From Cyanophora paradoxa CCMP329 (Eukaryota > Plantae > Glaucophyta), in assembly GCA_004431415.1 (NCBI GenBank), contig QPMI01000185.1:1-64000 (forward strand): 64,000 nt of DNA, written 5' to 3'. Shown here in pieces: positions 12,851 to 25,580 of the stretch; position 1 is the first letter of the stretch, and every line of letters starts with the position of its first letter. Position numbers and translations under genes: made by a program. The notes under the pieces were generated by a model. That model saw only the letters and a program-made list of their open reading frames with translations. It had not been told where the DNA came from and made no database searches.

Positions 12851-13819
12851 CTCGACGTCAGGGCGACCGCCTCGAGCCGCTCCCCCTCCGGCCGCGAGCG
12901 ATCCCGACGCCATTGATGGAGCTGTACCCTTGACGACGAGGTCGAAGAGGACGAGGTCGTGGTACCCCGGAACCTGTCGGCGAGGCCGTCGTTGTAGATG
13001 ACTGTGATGTTGACTCTGAGGATGGAGATGCTGACGCCACCTCGGCGTGAGTCGATTGCCACACGTGACGCGGCCACGGCTGCCTCACGCTGATCAGTCG
13101 ACGTTAACGGTTGGGATCCTTTCTGAGCGATGACAAATTGGATGGTGATTTGCTCCCCGTCTCTGAGGCGGTGCACCCTGCACGCGCGCTCCCCTGGAAT
13201 GTGTGGCCCTGGGTTTCCCTGCTACCATTCTGAGACGAGGCGAGTACCGGATCATGCCGGACCGATGTCGCGGGCCGAGGGCCATTGCTCGCGCTAAACT
13301 AAAACTTTTCCTTTGCGCAGCGAGCGGCTGGGTAGCGGCTGTACACCGCTGCTTGGTTTTGCTCTGTCAAGGCTGCAGCGGGCCTCGGGGCCCGTAAGTC
13401 TGTCGGGACGGCCGCCTGGTGTGGCCGCGAGGACGCGACCTAGGGACAAGAGGCTGTTGCCACTGTAGTTTAGCTTGCATTCAGGCCTTCGAGCCACTCT
13501 GTAGTATAGTGCTAGTGCGTCGGCTGAGGCTGTAGCACTTCTCAATAGCTCATAGACTTGCCGGTACCTCCGCAGTGCCTAGGACTCCTCCGGCGTTGCC
13601 GGTTCGTAGACAGATTCTGTACCCCCCCCCTACGTTGTTCGATACCCCCTCAGTCCTGTAAGAAGCCCAGCTGCGACCCGTTCGTGCTACGCCTGCGCGC
13701 CTGCTGCCTAGGCATGGGGCTGGGATCACATTGGGACACTAACTAAGCCTATTTGATAACTACAGTGGCAACAGACAGAAGCACTAGTATTAATATCGAA
13801 GGAAGGGGATCGACAGGGG

Positions 13820-15612
13820 ATGCTCGCGGTCCTCCTCGTCGGAGCTCCAGCTGCAGCTGGCGCGGGCAGCGGCAGCGGCCGGCCCTGGATCCGAGTCGCC
13901 ACGGGCGGGTCGCTGCGCCTGCGGCTGGTGACCGGGCTGAACGAAGGCTCCCGAGCAGCTCTCTCCGCGGATCCGGAGCGGAGTGAGTGGAATCTATGGC
14001 CGGCCGCCCTCTCGCTCGTCGCCGCGTGCGCGGCGGCGAGCGGCGGCCTCGGCAGCGCTGACGTGGAGTGCGGGTGCTCCCTCTCCTCCGGCCCCGGCGC
14101 CTGCATCGGCGACCTCCTCAGCGCCCTCGTCCCGCCCGGCGCCGCCGCCTGCCCCGCGCTCCGAAGCGTGCAGCTGCGAAGCGACCGGCGCGCGGCCTGC
14201 GCCGGCCTCCCGCCGGACCTGGAGCGCCTCCTGTACCCCTTCCCGAACCTCGAGGGGCTCTCCCTCCCCCAGTGCTGCGCGGCCAACCGGCGCGACGACG
14301 TCGCCGCCATCGTCCACCGCCTCCCGCGCCTCAAGCGGGTCGCCCCCTGTACCCCCCTTCCCCCTCCCCCTCCTCCCTCCCCCTCGCCTACTGACTCGGA
14401 CCGCAGCTGGAGATCGCGTTTAGGGACTACCGGGTCGGGGCCGGCCTGGGCGCCCTTTCCTCCCTCGAGTCCCTTGCCTTTGTATGGGTGAAGCCGTTGG
14501 CCGCGGCCGCGGACGGCGCCGGCGGCCCAGCGCTAGCCCCAGCCTACGTTCCCTTGCACTCGCCAGAACGGAACGCGGCGCCGCTGTTGGAAGGCCTCGC
14601 CTCGGGCCCCGCCGCCCTATCCCTGAAAGAGTGCGCGCTCCGATGACGTTGGCTCGCGCCCGCGTCCCGGCGGTGACGTCACGTCGTCGTCGTCGCCTCG
14701 CCCCCGCAGGATCCGGTGCGACGAGTTTCTCTCAGGGGCCGCCGTGCGCGCCCTCGCGCGCCTCGCCGCCCTCCAGAGCATCCAGGGAAGGACCAAGGTC
14801 CGCGCGCCCGCCCGCCCGCCCGCCCGCCCGCCCGCCTGCCCGCCCGCCCGACGCGTCCCGACCCACCCCGACCGGCAGCCGGGGCGGGACGTGGGCGAGG
14901 GCGACGCGGCGGCCCTGGCGTCCCTCCCCGCCCTCCGCGCCCTGGGACCGCTCGCCCTCCTCTCCGAAGATGCGCTGCCCCGTCAGCTCCGCGGCCTTGC
15001 GGCGGCCCTCGAGCGCTCCGGTTCCCTCGAGACGCTCGAAGTGCACCCGAGTGCGCTGCGAGGCCGCCCCGCCCCGTCCCGCACCCGCTGGCCATGGGCT
15101 GAGGGAGGGGCTGCGCGGCTGGGGGGCAGGGTTCACGCCGGTCCCGCGCCCAGCCGAGACCGACGCCCTCGCGGCGCTGGCCCGCGCCTCTCGCGGCCGC
15201 CTTTCGCTCGAGATTTCGCTCGTCCTGCACGCCGGCTACCCCGGGGCCCTCGCCGCGGCGCTGGCGGGCTCCCCGCTCCGCCGCCTCGTCCTTCGGGTGA
15301 CCTCCGACGAGTACGAGCTGCTGAGCGGCCAGCTGGCCGGCCCCCTCGCCACCTTCGCCGCCTGCTCCGCCCGGGACTTCGAGGTCCGGCCAGGCTTAGC
15401 TCAAGCTTTGCGCCCCCGCCCAGATTCGATATACATGCACCCGCGCCGAGATTTGATCGCGCGCCCAGGTCCGCATGCACCTTTCGCTCGCACCGGGGCC
15501 GCGCGAGAACCACGACGAGGAGGAAGCAGCGGCGCAGCGGCGCATCAACGCGGCGAAGGCGGCCGCGGTGCGGGCCCTAGGCCTCCCCGCCGCCCGCGTG
15601 ATCGTTGTGAGA
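13820..15612 (+). CDS. LRR-like protein (F-box/LRR-type fold), spliced; 5' end possibly disrupted by the retrotransposon
   Basis: Repeating CPALRSVQL, FPNLEGLSL, LPRLKR, LAALQSI, LPALRAL, SLETLEV, PLRRLVL motifs, with short introns. Boundaries are approximate. Confidence 0.5.
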
Positions 15613-16358
15613 GATCAAGAGTAGAGAGAGTACCCCCCCGCCCCCCCCCTTCCCCATTCCCCCCCCCCCCCCCCCCCCCCCGCGTCCCGCCCCCGCGGGC
15701 CACCCCGCCCTTCGCACCTCTGCTCCGCAACAGCAGCACGCGGGATCGCACCATCTGTCGATCGCGGCTGCTTCGCGCCTCGTTTGGCTCGTTCGGGGCC
15801 CCCGCGGCAGAGGCCCCGGAGAGAGCGGGCTGTGGAGGCTAGCGGGCCCCGGGAGCGAATCGCATGCGCATTGGGGGAGCTAACGGGAATGTGGCATGCC
15901 GGCTCTTAGCATAGTAGGCTAGTATAGTAGGCTAGTAGCTACTAGGCTAGTTTAGTGCATCCGCATAGGGAGCCATCATGGAATCATGATCAGGGCGCGT
16001 TACGATTGCACAGTATACGTATCGATATCGAATCGAGACACATGCGGGCGCCGGGCTCGACGGGACGCGAAAGAACGAAGCACTTGGAAGGGGACGGAGG
16101 ATCTAGGGCCGCTCGCCGGGGCGCGCCCGCGCCGCGGGCTGGTTCAAAAGAGCAGCAGCGGGATGATCATCGTATCCGTCTCTGGTCCGATCCGCGCCCC
16201 AGACTCTCCGCGCAGGCAGGTCGCCTCAGAAGTCTACAGTCGCGAAGCTTGCAATTGGTCAGGCTGGAGCTCAAGCGAAAGCGGGCCGCGGGCGCCCACG
16301 CACCGCACGGCGCATAGGACCCGCGTCGTGGCGCCCGAGTGCGTCCGCTGCGCCGAAC

Positions 16359-16789
16359 TCACGACCAAGGCCCGCCGCGCTGGGAATCAGAGGCAGCCTT
16401 GGCCTGGCCACCGCTAGCGCTCGCTGGCCTGTCCGGCGTCGCCCCTGCGGCCCGAGCGAGGCGCACACACTCGTTGAAGCGCTCTATGACCTCACGGCCT
16501 GCGCGCGCACGCACATCGACACCGCGCGGCCGCAGGCGACGTCGCGGCGCGACAATTGCAAGCATCGACGCGCGTGCTGTGTACACGCACATGCTTCCTG
16601 CTGGTGGTTTTTGGCTGCAAGGCACTCTTGAATGGCGCAGGCCGCTTTTCGGCACTGCGGGGGCGTCTCATCCTCGTACGACCCCTTGGAGGAGCCGCGT
16701 CCGCCGTCTCCCTGCGCAGAACGACGCGATGAGCTGCTGGCGGCAGCCTGGCGCTGGCGGAGACGGGCCGCGCGGAGCTCATGCACCAT
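16359..16789 (-). CDS. CMC4: Mitochondrial twin Cx9C protein, CMC4/MTCP1-p8-like
   Basis: Removing a GT-AG intron (16590-16499) gives PQCRKAACAIQECLAAKNHQQEAC-REVIERFNEC. This has two Cx9C motifs and matches the CMC4 pattern PCQKxACxIQxCL. Confidence 0.8.
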
Positions 16790-17186
16790 AACCGCTTGCG
16801 GGAGACCTCGCTAGACGGTATGGTTCTGACGTGGACGGGGCCGCGGCTGGCGGAGGCGCTGCCGCGCTATGGAGCTGCGACAAGAACGAAATTCATCAGC
16901 ACGCGTGGAGCTCCTGCTGACGTGGAGACCGGCTCATATGCACATGCGAGCTCTATATACCTAGAGGACGCGAGGCTGCGTTCTCTCATGCGAGGCTTAC
17001 CGGGTGCGCTCCACGTGTCGGAATCGCGTACCCCGTCGTTATCTCATCTGACGCGTGGCGGCGGCTAGAACGAGTTCACTCAAACACCGAGACAGCTCGC
17101 AGGAAGCCACATAGCACCCTTTCAGCCAGGCAGCCAGCAAAGCACTCGCTCGGTAGCATTAACCACTACCTACAGCCGCACTCGCT

Positions 17187-18426
17187 ATGGTTGTGCAGCT
17201 ACAGTCGCAGAAGTACTGGCGCTTTGTATCGCAAACAGGCGGAGAGCAGCATCCGGTGAGCGCGCATTCGCTTGCCTAGGGCCCCGCGGTCGCAGCCGGC
17301 GCCGCCGCGGCCAACCGCGGTGGTTGTGGCGGTGGAGCTGGCTCGAAGGAGGCGCGCTGGACACGGGCTGACTCTCTGCGGGCGCAGGCTAGGCGAGTGA
17401 GTGTGCTGTTCTCTCTCAACCCCAACGCGCCGATGGCGGTGGATTTGAGCAAGGACCTGGGCGACATCGACGGGCGCGGGCCCTCCGACGCGGCCGCGGC
17501 CGTGTCGCCGTCGTCGTCGTCGGAAGGCGCGGCCGACTGGCGCGCGAGTTTGGAGGAGTCCGAGAGATCCAAGGCGCGCCCTACGTTCGAGCTTCCCGCC
17601 CTCCAGCCGCGTCCCGCCTCTGACGTGGCGCCGGCGCGCGCGCGCGCCCTCAGGTTCGGGAGAGCCTCCATCAGGTCTTGAACAAGGTCGAGCACCCCGG
17701 GCTCGGCCCGGAGCGCGCCGGTGCGATCGCCCTGGAGTACGAGAACAAGATCTGGCAGATCTGCACCTCCAAGAAATCCTACGTGGAGGTGCCTTCCGCC
17801 CCCCCCCCCCCCCCCCCCCCCCCCGCGGCTCACCTGAGCCTCCTCACCTCAGATGAGCCTCAAGGCGATCCTGACGCTGCGGGCGTGGTCCTGGACCCGG
17901 GCGAAGCTCTCGCGGGAACGCACCCTCTCTGCCGCCAACGCCCAGAACAGCGCCTCGTCCCCGTCTTCGTCCCCGGCCTCGGCCTCGGCTTCTTCCTCCG
18001 AGGCGGCGGCGGCGGCGCCCCCCTCGCCCTCCTCGCCCTCTTCGGAACGCGAGGGCGGCGCCTCGTCCCCGGCGTCGGCGGCGGCGCGGGCGGGCCGCCC
18101 CGGCCCCGCCAAGCGCGTCACCTTCGCCGAGGGCGTCAAGGAGGAGGCCCCCGCCTCGCCCTCGCCCTCCAGTCCCGCCGAGAACCGCCTCTTCCGGCCC
18201 CTGCCCAGCGTCCGCTCGCTCCTCGTCGGCTCGGCCCGCGCCAACTGGCGGCCGGCCACGGGCCTGGACCTGCTCTGCGCGGCCACCGAGGTCCCCGAGA
18301 TCCCCGTACCCCGCCCCGCCTCGGCCTCGGCCCAGGCGTCCGCCTCGCTCCCGCCCTTCGCTTCGTTCTTCCCGGAGGGTACCCGGGACCCCTCCCTGGC
18401 CGCCAGCCGAGCCCTGGAGGCGGCCC

Positions 18427-18468
<42 letters not shown>

Positions 18469-18854
18469 TCGCTTCGGCCTTCAACGCGATGGCCCCCCGC
18501 CGCCCCGAGGCGAACGCGCCCCGCAAGCGCCCCCGCTCCCCACTCTCCTGCGAGGCGCCGGCCGTGCCCTCGGCCTCGGCCTCGGCCTCGGCCTCGGCCT
18601 ACGCCTACGGCGAGGCGGCGCCCCCCCCTGCCCCCCGACGGGACCCGGTTCCCCTGGACCGCTCGGGCTTCTCGGGCGTGCTCCCGGCCGCCACGCAGGT
18701 GGCGCCCCTCTCCGAGAGCTCGGCCGCGAAGCGCATGCGGGCGCGCAAGCTGGCGCACGGCCCGGGCCCCTGCGGCGCCGCGTCCTTCCTCCTGGCCCCG
18801 GCCCCCTCCATCTCCCTGGCGGTCCAGGGCCTCTCCCTCGCCCCCTCCTCCTAG
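17187..18854 (+). CDS. KIX-domain protein (Med15/CBP-type KIX) with a low-complexity Ser/Ala/Pro tail
   Basis: Spliced exons read DWRASLEESERSK|VRESLHQVL...IALEYENKIWQICTSKKSYVE|MSLKAILTL, resembling plant Med15 KIX (DWR..L...R..I...IA..FEEKIY..A.S..DY...SLK.LT). Confidence 0.7.
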
Positions 18855-20343
18855 CCCCCTCGCGGCTCCGCCCGCCGCGGCGCCCGCCCCGGACCGGACC
18901 GGCCCGACCGGTACCCCCTGTACATGCCCCCTTTTTGCTTTCCATTCTCCAGAACCCCGCCTTGCACATTTCGAGAATACCCGATACGTCCATGCATCAT
19001 ATCCGTCATAACGTGCTTGCAATTGTATTCATATTCGCTGATACTGTACTAGCTATAGGCTGTAGGCAGCTGCACTGCGGCACGTTTATGTCTGTCACTG
19101 TGTTCGTGGAAATCGCAGATCAAAAGTTGATCATGAGCCCTCGAGCCAGCGCTTGTGCGCTCCTATATATAGCTCTAAAACCGTCGCTATTGCTGGAACG
19201 ATAGGCCTTGCGAATGCGCGCGCGCACGCGCCTGGCCCCGCGCGCGACCGGCGCCGAGCGCCGGCGCTGCGGCGCTCGGCGCGAGCTCGAGCTCGTTCTC
19301 TCATGCGAATGCCATGCGCACAGGGCGCTTCGGAGCGCGCACGCAGCGCTACGGCGCGCGCCGGCGCGGCGCGCGCCGGCCGGAGTATGACGTCGACGAC
19401 GTACGCGAGCTGGCACATGGCGCGCCCTGGCACGGGGGCGCGCTGCATATATAGCACGTCCGCGGCGCCGACATGCACTTGCACGACGGCAGATCTATCG
19501 TTATAGGGTCGACGTCGCCGAATGGTCGCCGAATGTTCTACCCCCCCGCAACGTGCCTGCAAAGCCCGCAACCTGCACGTGGAGTCGGATCTACGCGTGC
19601 GGCGTGCCCATTGTCCATCCTAGCTGCCAAGCACAGCGCGGCCTCTCGAGCGATCCGAGCCCACGCTAACTGACTGCCGCGGATCAGTTAGCCGTAGCCG
19701 AGCGGTCATCGTCTTCGCCTTCTAGCATAACGGGTCAAGATGCTGTCCGCGTGGTGTAGTTGCTTCAGCTTGGACACAAGGTTACCCGATGATGGGCCGA
19801 CGCTGGACGCTCTTCCGCCCAAGGTGCCGCCACAGCCAGCCGCGCTTCGCCCGGGGCCGCCTTGCATTGAGGCGCACCCGCTCTGTGGTCCCGCAGCATG
19901 GACCGATGCCCCCAACGAATCGGGGTTTGGCTGGCGAGGACGTGCGCTGACCCTGTCGCGGTCGAATCGATTGGAGCGCTCAGGCCTCCCTCGCCATTGC
20001 GCAGGAGCTCTTTGGGGATGGCGTGCTGGCTATCAAACGGCTCTTCCTATACACTACCCAGTTCGGTGCGCCCGAGAGACGCGAGCTGTGAGCAGTTCAG
20101 CTAGCGCACGATCTCGCGGCGCGTGCCGAGCCGGGCCGGGACGCGTCGTCCCTAGCAGTCCGTATATATATGCCGGGGGTGCAATTCCCGACCACATCGA
20201 GCTCTAGCCGGGCACGGGGCAGCGGCCCTCGCGCGCCGGGCCCTTATCTTTCCCCGACCCTTCGGGAACGTGCAGCCAGCCAGCCCGCGCGCGTTGACCG
20301 ACGCGAGGCGCCTGTGCCTTTGTTCGCAGAGCGGAATCGGGTC

Positions 20344-21735
20344 ATGGCCGGGATGCGGGAGCTGGCGGACCAGGGCGACTTCGCGTTTCTCACGCAGAAG
20401 AAGCGCCTCACTCAAATCGAGGAGGAGCTCATCTCCGCTATGGTCCGATCTCTTCTCATTCCTTTCGCGCTTCCTTTCCTTTCTTTCTTCCTTCCTTTTC
20501 GAGCGACGCCCCCGGCCCGCAGCTCGCGATCCGGGCGCGGGGGATGAAGCACCGGAGGGGTAAGGTGCTCCCGCTCACGGGCAGCCAGACCGAGTTCGTC
20601 GCGGCGATGCGCAACGTCCTGGACGAACGGCAGAAGGCGCCCCGCCCTTCGCGATGCGAATTCGCGGCCTCTGCTCTGCTCACCAGATTTGATCCGCAGG
20701 TCAAGTACCTCATTGAGGCGGAGGAGTGCCGCAGCATGGGCCTCCTGGAGCTCATGTCCAACTCCGAGAAGCTCGAGTTTTACGCGCTCTTCAAGCAGGG
20801 ATTCCGCGGCGACATCCAGAAGAGTAAGCTACAAACTAAACCTAGACATCCTAAGCTGAAGAAGGCCCCAAAACGACATTCAGAACAGCGCCAACCTAGA
20901 CTAAGCTTAAAACGCTGTTGACACCCATAGGAGTGCGGCCGGGCTGCGCAGGCCAAGCTGCGGGCGCTCCTGACGCTAGGGGGGTACAGAGAAGCCCGGG
21001 GTCCTAGAGCTCGTCAAGCTGGCGAAGTGGGAGGCGTGGAGCGGGGTACGGGGAATGAAGCGCGAGGACGCGCGCGCCGCCTGCATCGAGTACGTCCTGC
21101 GCATGAAGTCCAAGTACAACTGTGCGTACCCCCCCTCTTCTTCCCCCCCCTCCCCACTTTGCTGGGTAGCTCAACGCGTCGCGCCGTAGGGCGGAGACCG
21201 ACGACGCCCCTGCCGGCGGGAGTGCTCTGCCCTTCGTCCGCGAAGACAGCGCCGCTGCAGCCGCGCCCCACCGCGCTGCCCTGCCCGGCCGCCCCCGCCC
21301 CCGCCGCCGCCGAGGCGAGGGAGTCTCCCGGCCCGTTCACGCGGCTCTGGGCGCGGATGGGGCGGGATCCGTCCCCGCCCCCCGCGGCCCGGCCGACCCC
21401 GCCGCCCTCCTTCGATATGGGCTTCCCCCGGCCGCCCTCGCCCGCCGTCATTCCAGCCCCGCAGCCGCCCCCGCAGCAGCAGATGCCGCAACAGCCTCCT
21501 CCCCCGCCGCCCCGCCCCAGGCGCCGCAGCCGGCGCCGAGCCGGCGCCGCAGGGCGCGGGGACGCCGCAGGCGGGGCGGCAGTCGCGGGGCAGCGCGCGG
21601 GGCGCGAGCAAGACGATCGGGATGATAGCTGACTCTGCGGAGCGGAGCGTGGGCGGCCTTTTCAAGGTCGTCAGCGACTTTACCCGCCCGGACCCGACCC
21701 CCAAGAAGCGGTCGGCGCCCGCCGCCGGCCAGTAG
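20344..21735 (+). CDS. Acyl-CoA-binding (ACB) domain protein with a Pro-rich C-terminus
   Basis: MSNSEKLEFYALFKQGFRGDIQK|EKPGVLELVKLAKWEAWSGVRGMKREDARAACIEYV carries the ACBP signatures LY.LYKQ..GD and KW.AW..GM..E.A...YI. Confidence 0.85.
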
Positions 21736-22363
21736 CCACCTGTAGCGTCAGTTTACGTATCGTGTGTACCTGTAGGCTCACAGCTAGTACCTGCATTCAA
21801 GTTTATTTTCCGCCGTGTAATGTATTGTATTCGTTACAGCGCCCGGCGGCCGTCGGCCCAGCGCCAGGCCAGGCCGCAGAATAAATCAATTATAGCAAGC
21901 GCGTCCCTGGCACCCTGCAACTTGTGGCAAAGCTTAGGCCTTGCAATTGCGATATATATTAATTGGCGTATTAAAGCTTGTGATGCATATTCAGCAAACT
22001 TGGCAAATTGCGCATGCATTCATGCAGGCAATAAATGGCTGCAAATTGCCTGCAATGCCGCGCGGCCCGCGGCCGCCGGGCCGCGCTGCCCGCAATGCCC
22101 GACGGCGCCGCCGGCGCCGCTGTCCGCGGCCGGCCGCCGGCATGCGCATGTGTTCCGTGTGGAAATGATACCCGTGTGGAACTTTCGGAAATCACTTTTC
22201 CACACCAGGCCTCGTGTTGTTTTGATCATCCATGTGTCCTGGTGTGCCGGCTGTGCCGCGGCCCATGAGTCACACGAGATCTGGCCAATGGGCGCGCACA
22301 TCGATTCGATGTGCCGGCGCAAGCTGCCATGGGCCACGGCTAGCTAGCCTAGTAGCGCTCTAG

Positions 22364-22739
22364 GGCTGTGTTTCGCTGTCGGGAATTTGTATGGGAGCCG
22401 CGCTACGTAAGCACTACGTAGTTAAAACATGATGGTGATGTCACGTTTTGCATGATGTCAGGTTCATTTCGAAGTAATTTCGAGTCTCTACGTATACGTA
22501 GCTAGCGCGGGCGCTAATTCTTTAAAATTTACGATTAGCGCCCGTCATCGGAAGCTACGTTCTTAGGATTTCTAGTAAAACAGCCAATGGGATGCCAGTG
22601 CCGGATGGGTACGCAAAGTATCAGCACACTACGAGCTCGGAGCAAGCGACACCCAGACGGCACTTACATCATGATGGCATCACACTTTTTTCCCCACAGT
22701 TAATTTTCACTACGTAGTGGGCGACAGCGAAACACAGCC
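22364..22739. mobile_element. PIF/Harbinger-like MITE (376 bp)
   Basis: 18-bp perfect TIR GGCTGTGTTTCGCTGTCG and 3-bp TSD TAG (22361-63, 22740-42). The empty site with a single TAG is visible in the opposite foldback arm (~26525-26540). Confidence 0.9.
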
Positions 22740-25033
22740 TAGCTAGGGCTAGCGCTAGCTAGCCGCGCGGGCTACTAGGCTAGCAGCCGCTAGCTAGCTG
22801 CAGCAGCGCTAGCCTCGAGCTCGGCGCAGTGCGCGAGCCCAGCTGCAGGGAGCGCTCGCAGCCCGGATCGAAGCAGCTACAGACCTAGCTAGGATCCGGA
22901 CAGCGCAGCAGGCTCGCTAGCTGGCGCGAGCCTCGCAGCGGCGCGCGCGCGCGCACGCGCGCGGCCCGGCGACGCGCGCGCCACGTATACGTATCCGCGC
23001 GTCCCTAGGCCGAGGCCTGGTAGCGCTAGCGCTAGCTAGGGCGCTCCTAGCTAGCCGCGCGGGCTAGCAGCCGCTAGCTAGCCTCGAGCTCGGCGCTGTG
23101 CGCGAGCCAGGGAGCGCTCGCAGCCCGGAAGCAGCTACGTATACAGGCAGCGCGGGCGCTCTAGATAGGACAGCGCAGCAGGCTCGCTAGCTCGCGCGAG
23201 CCTCGCAGCGGCGTGCGGATCGATATCAGGGGTGCGCGCGCGCGCGCGACGGTACGGTGCACGCGCGCGGCCCGGCGGCGCGCGCGCGGCGCCACGAGGA
23301 TCCGCGCGCCCCTAGGCCTAGGCCTGGCCTGCGTATGCAGTCCGCAGCGCCGGCCCCGCCCACCCCCGCCGCCCCCGGCATGCCCTGCAGCTGCAGCTAG
23401 CGCTGGCCCTGGGCTCCGGCACGTCCCGCGGCCCCACCGGCCCCTGGCCCCCCACCAGCTGCGCATCTATATATATGCATACAGCCTGCGCATGCAGCGC
23501 CGGCCGGCGCCGGGCCCCACCCACCCCCACCGCCCCCCGCACGCCCTGGCCATATGCATGGGCCCCGGCACGCCCCGCGCGCCCCCCGGCCCGGCCCGCG
23601 CGCGCACGCGCCCCGGGCCCTAGGCCTAGGCCTAGGTCAGCAGCTGCCAGCTGGGCCGTCCCAGCTGCAGCTCAGCGGCGCCCTGCTGTGGGTCTGGATC
23701 TCCGCGCACCCCGCCCCGAGCCCGAGCGCTATCCCAGGCCCCCGGGCACGGGCCCCTGGGGGCGCCCCGCAGCGCCGGTCCCACCCATCCCCCGCCGCCC
23801 CCCGGCATGCCCTGCAGCTGTCCATGGGACCCGGCACGCCCGCGGCCCCCCCGGCCCCTGCCTCCCCCAGCTGCAGCGCTAGCCCGCTGCAGCTGGCGCC
23901 GGCGCCAGCTGGGGGAGGCAGGTGCTCATAACCCTGCTTCCCCCATCTGCATGGCCAGATGCAGCCCGCTGGCGCCAGGTGCTCATGATCATGATCAAGC
24001 AGGCCGGCAGCAGGCCCCGGCCCTGGCCATGGGCGCCGTGGCGCGCGCGGGCCCGGGCCCGCGGCCCCCCATCCATCCGCAGGCCTAGGGGGGGCTGCCG
24101 CCCCGCACCCCCCCCCCGCCCCGCCCCTCCCCATGGCCACCCCAGATTGATCCCGCCTCGGCCCTTGCCCGGCCCGCCTCCCCCCCCCCCCCCCCCTCCC
24201 CCCGCCTCATATCGATCCCGCCCCGGTCCCTATGGGCTATGGGCCGCTGAGGGCGAGCCCCGGCCCCATATAGACCTGTCTGCCCCAGGGCTGTAGCCTG
24301 TCCCGGGCCCCTAGGCCTGCCGCTGCCCCAGCTGCAGGTCCGTGGCTTGTCGCTGAGATATAGACGTGGATTTGATCATCATGGCATGAGAAGCTTCATA
24401 TTTGCTTTGTCTCCCACATGTTTGAGTGGCAATATTAATATTACCACATCGGGCACATGTACATCGCCGCGCGCGATCGCGCTCAAGAATGACACGTAGG
24501 GGACACGCTAGAACACGGCATAGCGGGGCGGGGCACATCGGGGCATGGCGGTGGGGCATGGTTGGTCACGTCGGGGCACGTTGGGGCACGGCGGCGGGTT
24601 ATGGTGGGGCACGTTGGGGCACGGTTGCAATTTTTTCTGAAATCTCGTTCCAACAAGCGATGCCCAGTGAGTGAGTGATATATGAGGCTTGTTTCAGCCT
24701 TTATATACAATGTACATGATGTTGTTCAGTGGTAATGGAGTCGCCCACCGAGGTCAGTTTTCATGATGACAGATCTAGATTTGGGTGACACTCAGTTGTC
24801 AAGTTTGACAGCTCGTCAGACATTTCGGCGGGCTCTTACGGGTTAGGTTACTTTGCAAGTCCCGAACTTTTTATATATCCTGAAAGCCCTTTTCATTGTC
24901 GTTCTTTTGATGTAATTTGATTAAATAGATCTAAATTCCATCAAGAGATATTCAGTTCGAAAAGAAACTAATGTGGATGGCACATGGTGCCCTGGTCTCG
25001 CTCTTGCCATCCCCCTAGGGCCCGGGAACCCCG

Positions 25034-25580
25034 GCTCATCTTATAGATTATGAATCCATGTATAATACATGTTGTTTCCCAGTGCTCCGACGCAGGCGCG
25101 GGGCCCGCCCTGGGGAGAACGGGCGCGGTTCCGCGGGCCCATCCCCTCATGTGCCCCCCCCACTCCGTTGAGGCCGGCCTTGTGTCTCACGCGCGGCACT
25201 CCCAGCTCATCTTATACATTATGAATCCATGTATAATACATGTTGTTTCCCAGTGCTCCGACGCAGGCGCGGGGCCCGCCCTGGGGAGAACGGGCGCGGT
25301 TCCGCGGGCCCATCCCCTCATGTGCCCCCCCACTCCGTCGAGGCCGGCCTTGTGTCTCACGCGCGGCGCTCCCAGCTCATCTTATACATTGCGAATCCAT
25401 GTATAATACATGTTGTTTCCCAGTGCTCCGACGCAGGCGCGGGGCCCGCCCTGGGGAGAACGGGCGCGGTTCCGCGGGCCCATCCCCTCATGTGCCCCCC
25501 CCCACTCCGTCGAGGCCGGCCTTGTGTCTCACGCGCGGCGCTCCCAGCTCATCTTATACATTATGAATCCATGTATAATG
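25034..25580. repeat. Tandem array of ~171-bp units (3 full plus 1 partial)
   Basis: The unit starts GCTCATCTTATA at 25034, 25205, 25375 and 25547. Copies are near-identical, with length differences in a C-run. Confidence 0.95.

Larger units (their letters stand above)
1..13730 (+). mobile_element. Giant Ty3/Gypsy-type LTR retrotransposon (5' end outside window; 3' boundary approximate)
   Basis: Domain order PR-RT-RH-IN is the Gypsy order. The block is intronless, C/A-rich on + and less GC-rich than host genes. The 3' end is placed tentatively at ...GGGATCACA (13730); no second LTR copy is in the window to confirm it. Confidence 0.85.

Noticed and set aside
1-12900. Programmed ribosomal frameshifting explaining the ORF breaks
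   Set aside because: Breaks are too numerous and fall inside RT and integrase motifs. Indel errors or decay explain them better.
12850-13730. Chromodomain, env gene or a clearly delimited 3' LTR/PPT
   Set aside because: Only an acidic tail follows the GPY module. No convincing polypurine tract or second LTR copy is visible, so LTR limits are not called.
19130-20210. ORFs 19153-19506 and 19740-20207 as genes
   Set aside because: No recognisable motifs or convincing splice structure.
25034-25580. Regular repeats as a possible CRISPR array
   Set aside because: Whole 171-bp units are repeated with no unique spacers, there are no cas genes, and the context is eukaryotic.
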